Source of the DNA: Desulfobacterales bacterium
GTDB taxonomy: Bacteria > Desulfobacterota > Desulfobacteria > Desulfobacterales > UBA5852
DNA length: 64,000 bases
NCBI GenBank assembly: GCA_963674755.2
Contig: CAXXVS010000003.1
Location: 1,024,001-1,088,000, forward strand
Reading direction: 5' to 3'
Position numbers and translations under genes: made by a program. Under the pieces are notes generated by a model, which did not search any database, was not told the DNA's origin, and saw only the letters and a list, made by a program, of their open reading frames with translations. Every line of letters begins with the position of its first letter. Within the stretch, counting starts at the first letter, position 1. Positions 58,249-64,000 of this stretch are shown here, piece after piece.

Positions 58249-59622
58249 TCAATACAACTTGCCGGGATTGAGTATGCCGCGCGGGTCCAGAACCTTTTTG
58301 ATATCGCGCATAAGGCCTCGGCTGTCTTTATGAAGGAACAGATCCAGATAGTGGATTTTCGCCGTTCCGATGCCATGTTCGCCTGACAAGGCCCCGTCGA
58401 GTTCGGCCGCCTTCTTCACCATATCCGCCTCCGCCTGTTTAACTCGGCGCCATTCATCAGGATCGGCTTTGTCCATCAGGAAATGCGGATGAAGGTTGCC
58501 GTCGCCGGCATGGGCCACGGTCGGGATGAGCAGATCGTACTTTTCAGCAATCCCGCGAATGGCTGTTATCATGGCCGGCAGATGTTGCACGGGAACGGTA
58601 ATATCTTCGGCGACACAATTCGGCCGAACACGGGTCATCACCGCAAACTGGTTGCGGCGGGCCGCCCACAGCGCGTCACCTTCTTCGGGCGTCTTCGCGA
58701 CGTTTACCTTAGCGGCACCCTGATCACGGCAAATCTTCGCGATGGTTCCCACCTGGCGGTCGAGACTTTCTTCCACCCCGTCGACCATAATGAGCAGCAA
58801 GCCGGCCGCTTCCACAGGCAAACCGGCATGCGTATACTCCTCGATAAGGTTGATAGAGGTATGGTCCATAAGCTCCAGAGCCACCGGAAGAATTCCGGCC
58901 GCGATAATTTGGGTCACGGTTTTACCGGCGGCTTCGAGATCGGAAAATACCGCCTGAATCGATCGCTGGCCTTCCGGCTGGGGAAACAGTTTCAGGGTGA
59001 TTTCCGTAATGACCCCAAGGGTGCCTTCGGAACCGCAGAACAGGCTGGTCAGATCGATACCGGTGACATTCTTGACCGTGCGTCCGCCCGTTTTGATGAT
59101 TCGGCCATCGGCCATAACGACGGTCAGCCCCAGCAGATAATCCCGGGTCACACCATATTTTACCCCCTTGAGGCCGCTGGCATTTTCAGCAACATTGCCG
59201 CCTATGGTGCTCACATTCAGGCTGCCTGGATCAGGAGGATAGAAAAGGCCGTGGCGTGCCAGCTCAGCCTGCAAGTCGCCGTTGACAACGCCCGGCTGTA
59301 CCACGGCCAGCCGGTTTTCCCTGCTAATTTCGATGATGCGGTTCATTCGCGAAAACGCCAGTACGATGCCGCGCTTTTCCGGCACGGATCCCCCGCTCAA
59401 ATTCGTTCCCGCTCCGCGCGGCGTAACCGGAATCCATTCCCTGTCGGCAATTTTTAAAATACTGGCGACCTGATCGGTTGACTTCGGCAACAGGACAGCT
59501 TCGGGCAGGCTTTCGGAAATGGCCGCATCGTAAGAATAGCAGATCAAATCTTCCGGCCGGTCAAGATAGTTGTCCGAGCCCACCACATCTCGTAGTTCGT
59601 CCTGCAAGTGTTTGGGAAACAT
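58249..59622 (-). CDS. GlcD-like FAD-linked 2-hydroxyacid dehydrogenase
   Basis: PRGAGTNLSGG, YPPDPGS, IGGNVAENA, GSEGTLG, HAGDGNLH, SGEHGIG, NPGK. Confidence 0.95.
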   Translation of the reverse strand: MFPKHLQDELRDVVGSDNYLDRPEDLICYSYDAAISESLPEAVLLPKSTDQVASILKIADREWIPVTPRGAGTNLSGGSVPEKRGIVLAFSRMNRIIEISRENRLAVVQPGVVNGDLQAELARHGLFYPPDPGSLNVSTIGGNVAENASGLKGVKYGVTRDYLLGLTVVMADGRIIKTGGRTVKNVTGIDLTSLFCGSEGTLGVITEITLKLFPQPEGQRSIQAVFSDLEAAGKTVTQIIAAGILPVALELMDHTSINLIEEYTHAGLPVEAAGLLLIMVDGVEESLDRQVGTIAKICRDQGAAKVNVAKTPEEGDALWAARRNQFAVMTRVRPNCVAEDITVPVQHLPAMITAIRGIAEKYDLLIPTVAHAGDGNLHPHFLMDKADPDEWRRVKQAEADMVKKAAELDGALSGEHGIGTAKIHYLDLFLHKDSRGLMRDIKKVLDPRGILNPGKLY

Positions 59623-59795
59623 CGCTTATGCTCCTATATATCCAGTTCGGCGTACGGATCGGACCACTCGGAATCGGTAACCTAGGGACCACGCAATCGT
59701 GTAAATGAACCCCCAAATGATCCTTCTTCTTGCTGCCGGTCCAAGGGGGTGCAAGGCCGCCGGCCCATTCAGCGGCATCCATCCCATGTGATGCT

Positions 59796-61097
59796 TCAAT
59801 GGCTGGTTTCCCTTTCCCAAAGCGAAATAAGATTCCCCGACCGATCGAAATTTAACCGAAGTGAAGATGGATCCACCGTGACATCGGCCCTGCCGGCCAA
59901 ATCCGCCAGGCAGCCCTCCGATACCAACAGGCAGGCCAGATCCAGCGTATTTTTAATATGGACAAGACGCAGATCCCGCATCGTATAGGGCCGGATCGTC
60001 TTAAGGGCGGCGGCGACGGCTTCCTTGTCGGTTGCAAAGGTCAAGGGCACCATTCCGGATTCAGGGCAGCAGGATGTCAGGCAATTCACCGCCGTAACAG
60101 CAAAATCGATTTTGTCGACTAACCGTTTGACCGTAAAGTCAGCCTGACCGATTCCCAGGGCGGCCCCTTCGGATGCCTTGGTCAGATCCCGGACAAAAAT
60201 CCGGGTGATCTTGGGCGAAGAACGTCGCGCACCGCATGTGCAGACATCCCGGCCTACCACGTTGGGATCGATGCCCTCGCCACTGATATCTTTTCCCAGC
60301 TCATCCACGACCAGCAAATCGATCTTATCGAGGGGCAGGGTGGGGAGGTATTGACGTGCCGATTTTAAAAGCGCGGTCTCAACGGCTACGATATCCTCCG
60401 CCAAAGCCATCTTTAAATCGCAGGTTTCATGGTGCTGGTTTTCCACCAGCCCGACCCCGAACAATACGCGGCAGCGTTTAATGAGTTCTGTTCCAGCCGT
60501 GCTGATGACATCATAATAGCCGCGTTCCATGGTCAGGCGATGATAGTGCTCGGCACCGACTTGATTCCCCAGGCCGATGGCCATCATCTTGACCAGTCCG
60601 CTTTCCGTCTTTCCGAAAAAATTGGTGTGCGGCTTCACGCGATTGATCAGTACAATACCGTCGGCTTCATGGGCCAGGCGATCGACAAACAGCGATATCC
60701 CGTCCGTCTCGCCCATCGGGACCACGTCCATGGTGGCTTTCACCGGTGCCCCCACCCGCTCCTCGCAAACCCCGCGCGCCCGAAGCACTTCGATTTGTCC
60801 CTCGGGCGTTGCGCCGCCATGGGAGCCCATGGCCGGTGTGATAAAAGGTGTGCATCCTGCGCTTTTCAATCGGGCGACCACTTCCCTGACAACCGCAGCG
60901 AGATTGGCGACACCCCGGCTGCCCACGCCCACAGCGATGCGCATGCCGGCCGTTAAGATGGATGTCTTGTCCAGCCGATCCCATTCTTTTTGAACCGCTG
61001 CAGGGATATCCACGGCAGGGGGCACCTGATACATCTGCCGCACCAGTTTCATTTCCGGCAGGTCAATGTCCGTGTCCTTAAATTCGGCTAATTGCAA
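59796..61097 (-). CDS. lactate-racemase-domain (LarA-like/DUF2088) protein
   Basis: IAVGVGSRG, PAMGSHGGAT, NRVKPHT, ESGLVKMMAIGLG, GKDISGEGID. Confidence 0.8.
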   Translation of the reverse strand: MQLAEFKDTDIDLPEMKLVRQMYQVPPAVDIPAAVQKEWDRLDKTSILTAGMRIAVGVGSRGVANLAAVVREVVARLKSAGCTPFITPAMGSHGGATPEGQIEVLRARGVCEERVGAPVKATMDVVPMGETDGISLFVDRLAHEADGIVLINRVKPHTNFFGKTESGLVKMMAIGLGNQVGAEHYHRLTMERGYYDVISTAGTELIKRCRVLFGVGLVENQHHETCDLKMALAEDIVAVETALLKSARQYLPTLPLDKIDLLVVDELGKDISGEGIDPNVVGRDVCTCGARRSSPKITRIFVRDLTKASEGAALGIGQADFTVKRLVDKIDFAVTAVNCLTSCCPESGMVPLTFATDKEAVAAALKTIRPYTMRDLRLVHIKNTLDLACLLVSEGCLADLAGRADVTVDPSSLRLNFDRSGNLISLWERETSH

Positions 61098-61167
61098 ACT
61101 CAGACCCTCCCAGACAACCGGCGCATGGCGTACATATCAATCGCCCCCTTGCTATTCACCCGGATCA

Positions 61168-62487
61168 TCACATCAGGCTCGGCAACCACAATACCAGCTG
61201 GGGAAAAAGAATCACCAGGAGCAGCGCCAGAAGCTGCAAGCCGATAAATGGAAACACGCCTTTGTAGATTTGCCCCATCGTCACGTAATCCGGTGCGATA
61301 CCTTTCAGATAGAACATGGAATAGGCGAACGGTGGTGTAAGAAACGACATTTGAAGATTTACGCAGGTCACAATGGCGAACCAAAGGGGGTCGAAACCCA
61401 ATTCGATCGCAATCGGAGTGAAAATCGGGATAACGATGAACAGAATGCCGATCCAGTCGATAAACATCCCCAGAACGGTTACCATCAGCATCATGACAAC
61501 CAGGACACCCCATTTACCCAGCGGCAGACCGATGACAAACGCGCCGATGAACTTGGCGCCATTGAGCGCCATGAAGACGCCGCTGAACATGACGGCGCCG
61601 ACCGTTACGAACATGATCATGGTCGTAATGCGCAGCGTTTGCAGTGCGGAATCATAGAGTATTTTCCGGGAAAAGCGTTTATAGCCGATGGCCACAATGA
61701 CGGCGCCAAAGGCCCCGACGGAGGCCGCTTCCGTCGGTGAAGCGACACCGATCAGAATGGTCCCCAAGGTAGCAAAAATTAAAAACATCGGAGGCAGCAT
61801 ATATACGGCTATCTCGACTAAGATCTTCGAAAGAGGAACCTCCGCTAGCTCTTCTTTCGTCATGGCGGGGCCGTATTCCGGCTTTATGAAGCAGACGATC
61901 ATGGTGTAGAGTATATACAAACCGGCTAAAAGGACCCCGGGTACGATAGCAGCGATAAACAATTTGGCCACTGACAGACCGGCCGTGGGGCCGTACAATA
62001 ACAGCATGACACTTGGTGGAATAAGAATGCCAAGGGTTCCCCCGGCGCAGATCGAACCGGTGGCCAGCGGGATGTTGTATTTTCGTTTGAGCATCGCCGG
62101 CAGGGCCATCAATCCCACGATCGTTTCTGTCGCGCCAACCACGCCGGCGGTTGCGGCAAAAACAGTGCATAGCGATATGGTCGATACGGCCAGTCCGCCC
62201 CGCAATCTGCCCAGCGCACGGTATAAGGCGTTGAACAGCTTTTCAGCAGCCCCCGACTGGGTAAGGATGGCCCCCATAAAAATAAAAAGCGGCACCGCGG
62301 GCAGGACTTCGCTTGCCATAACCCCATAAATGCGGCTGACGAACTGGTCGTACACCATCGGCGCCCACCCGCCGATAATCCCGAAGATCAGACCCAGGCC
62401 GCCAAGTGCGAGATATAGGGGCAGTCCGCTCATGACGGCCATCAAGACACCGAAGAACATGACAACAGCAAGATGTTCAGAACTCAT
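61168..62487 (-). CDS. dctM: TRAP transporter large permease
   Basis: AVPLFIFMG, GGTLGILIPPS, PTEAA, FLTPPF. Confidence 0.95.
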   Translation of the reverse strand: MSSEHLAVVMFFGVLMAVMSGLPLYLALGGLGLIFGIIGGWAPMVYDQFVSRIYGVMASEVLPAVPLFIFMGAILTQSGAAEKLFNALYRALGRLRGGLAVSTISLCTVFAATAGVVGATETIVGLMALPAMLKRKYNIPLATGSICAGGTLGILIPPSVMLLLYGPTAGLSVAKLFIAAIVPGVLLAGLYILYTMIVCFIKPEYGPAMTKEELAEVPLSKILVEIAVYMLPPMFLIFATLGTILIGVASPTEAASVGAFGAVIVAIGYKRFSRKILYDSALQTLRITTMIMFVTVGAVMFSGVFMALNGAKFIGAFVIGLPLGKWGVLVVMMLMVTVLGMFIDWIGILFIVIPIFTPIAIELGFDPLWFAIVTCVNLQMSFLTPPFAYSMFYLKGIAPDYVTMGQIYKGVFPFIGLQLLALLLVILFPQLVLWLPSLM

Positions 62488-62998
62488 AGGGTTCACCTCT
62501 CAAGGCCAGCGAAGCATTCTTGACCAACTCGACAATTCCTTGCAGAAACATCATGGTGAAGGCTACCGGCAAAACGGTCTTGATAGGATACACCGGCGGC
62601 TGCCAATAGCTGATGTAGGAATGCTCCATTATCTTCCATGAGTAGGCCGCGTATTTGTAGCTGTAGATGATGAGAATGCCATACAGGGGAAGGAAGATAA
62701 AAAGGTACATGAGCGTATCGAACCAGGCCTGAACTCTTGTGGGATACATGTTATAGAGCACGTCGACCCGGACATGGAGTTTATGCTTCAAACCGTAGGC
62801 ACCGCCCAGCATGAACAGCGCCGCATACTCCATCCATGTCAATTCGTAGGCCCATTTGGTTGGCGCCTGGAAGAAATAACGCATGATGACATCGTAAACC
62901 GTACCCATAACCAACGGTACGATTAGCCAGCAGGCGATTTTGCCGGTCCATTCACTGACAAACTCGATACAGGCGAAAGTTTTCCGAAGTGCATTCAT
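62477..62998 (-). CDS. dctQ: TRAP transporter small permease
   Basis: DVIMRYFF..P..WAYEL, HVRVD. Confidence 0.93.
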   Translation of the reverse strand: MNALRKTFACIEFVSEWTGKIACWLIVPLVMGTVYDVIMRYFFQAPTKWAYELTWMEYAALFMLGGAYGLKHKLHVRVDVLYNMYPTRVQAWFDTLMYLFIFLPLYGILIIYSYKYAAYSWKIMEHSYISYWQPPVYPIKTVLPVAFTMMFLQGIVELVKNASLALRGEPYEF

Positions 62999-63110
62999 TT
63001 TTGTCGCATCCTATCTTTTCCCATCGTTCCCAATTTAGCGACCGGCGATAGGCAGGGCGGTATACGCCAAGTTCTTTCCTAAAAGCAGGCTGGCCTTCGC
63101 CATGGCTGTC

Positions 63111-63134
63111 CGGGGGCGGCGGCTACCGCCCCCG
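63111..63134. other. GC-rich hairpin between dctP and dctQ
   Basis: CGGGGGCGG-CGGCTA-CCGCCCCCG. Confidence 0.5.
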
Positions 63135-63186
63135 AAGGGAGGTGACCGCATCGGCAGCCACACCCCAAACCATATGTCCGGCACGT

Positions 63187-64000
63187 CTATTTGAACGACA
63201 CTTCTGCTTCTACTTGTTGAATTTGCATGTACGGACGGTAGAGTTCCAAAAATTCCTTTTGCGACTGCCAGACTTTCTGAAACATTTTGTCCGGGTGATG
63301 ATCGTATTTCTCAACAAAGCGGTTGAGAATTTCCTGCTGCATGTCTTTCGGGAATTTTATGATTTCGACGCCCATTTCCTTGTATTTCTGAAAGGCCCGG
63401 CAATCATCGAGCAAGAAGTGGGAAAGCGCCCGGGTAAGGCTGGCATCACCGGCGCGTCGCACAATGGCTTGCAAATCGGGAGGCAGGGCCTTCCATTTTT
63501 TGGGATTTACGATCAGTTCGTGGAAGCAGGCCATCTGGTGAAGCCCTGGGAAATACATGTACTTGGCGACTTCATGAAATCCCAACGGTAGGTCCAGGAC
63601 AGGCGTTGCAAATTCGGCGGCATCGAGCGTACCGCGCTGGAGGGAAGGAACGATGTCCCCGGCCGGCAACGTTACGACGGAAGCACCGATTTCCGAGAGG
63701 ATCTGTCCCCATATCAGGGAGGTCCTGTATTTCAATCCCTTATAGTCCTGCAGGCTTTGAATTTTCTTGTTGGCCCACCCGCCGCTTTCGGCATACGTCA
63801 TGGCCACCGGATAAACGATAACCTGGTCACCGTAAATTTCCTGATACAGTTCCAGACCGCCGCCGGCAAACATCCATGTAAAAAAACCTTTCAGGTCGAA
63901 AAAGGCCGGCGTGGCCGCCATCAGTGTAAGGGAGGGGAATTTGCCGATATGGTAGCCCGGCCAGGTATGCCCGGCATCGAGGATGCCGACGCGCACCGAG
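63187..64000 (-). CDS. dctP: TRAP substrate-binding protein (TakP/DctP-like); 5' end outside the window
   Basis: GGW..K.I....D.KGLKYR, LQRGTLDAAEF, D..LGFHEV, W..LP.DLQ. Confidence 0.92.
   Translation of the reverse strand, partial: SVRVGILDAGHTWPGYHIGKFPSLTLMAATPAFFDLKGFFTWMFAGGGLELYQEIYGDQVIVYPVAMTYAESGGWANKKIQSLQDYKGLKYRTSLIWGQILSEIGASVVTLPAGDIVPSLQRGTLDAAEFATPVLDLPLGFHEVAKYMYFPGLHQMACFHELIVNPKKWKALPPDLQAIVRRAGDASLTRALSHFLLDDCRAFQKYKEMGVEIIKFPKDMQQEILNRFVEKYDHHPDKMFQKVWQSQKEFLELYRPYMQIQQVEAEVSFK

Noticed and set aside
1..64000. CRISPR array, tRNA/rRNA, prophage, integrase or anti-phage defence genes
   Set aside because: No spaced repeats, cloverleafs or hallmark genes seen by eye; a covariance-model or HMM scan could still find weak cases.

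Overview
64-kb window from a moderately GC-rich anaerobe. Gene content and style suggest a Desulfobacterales-like deltaproteobacterium (inference). Left to right: (1) a 3'-truncated molybdopterin oxidoreductase carrying an N-terminal TorD/DmsD-like chaperone domain, with an Asp-less receiver, two NifX-like paralogs, a PAS sigma54 activator and a DUF169 gene; (2) two TPP-riboswitch thiamine-salvage operons (thiD-thiW-ECF plus a P-loop gene; thiXYZ-like ABC) separated by a mosaic of signalling genes, gene fragments and an O6-alkylguanine alkyltransferase with UGA at its catalytic Cys and a SECIS-like hairpin (probable selenoprotein); (3) a thiE-thiL fusion, HD protein, frameshifted prfB and lnt; (4) a candidate sigma28-driven anti-Shine-Dalgarno sRNA; (5) an RND efflux operon with two TetR regulators; (6) hsp20-hsp20-dnaJ-like genes opposite a tandem-RHH-like gene; (7) an AhpD/Zn-finger/DUF3786 cluster and a regulator-modABC-tsaA locus; (8) an IS5 relic bordering a catabolic cluster (TRAP, LarA-like, GlcD/GlcF-like, SDR, FAH, TctABC, DUF554, BASS). 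No rRNA, tRNA or CRISPR array was seen. All family calls come from motif recognition by eye, not database searches.
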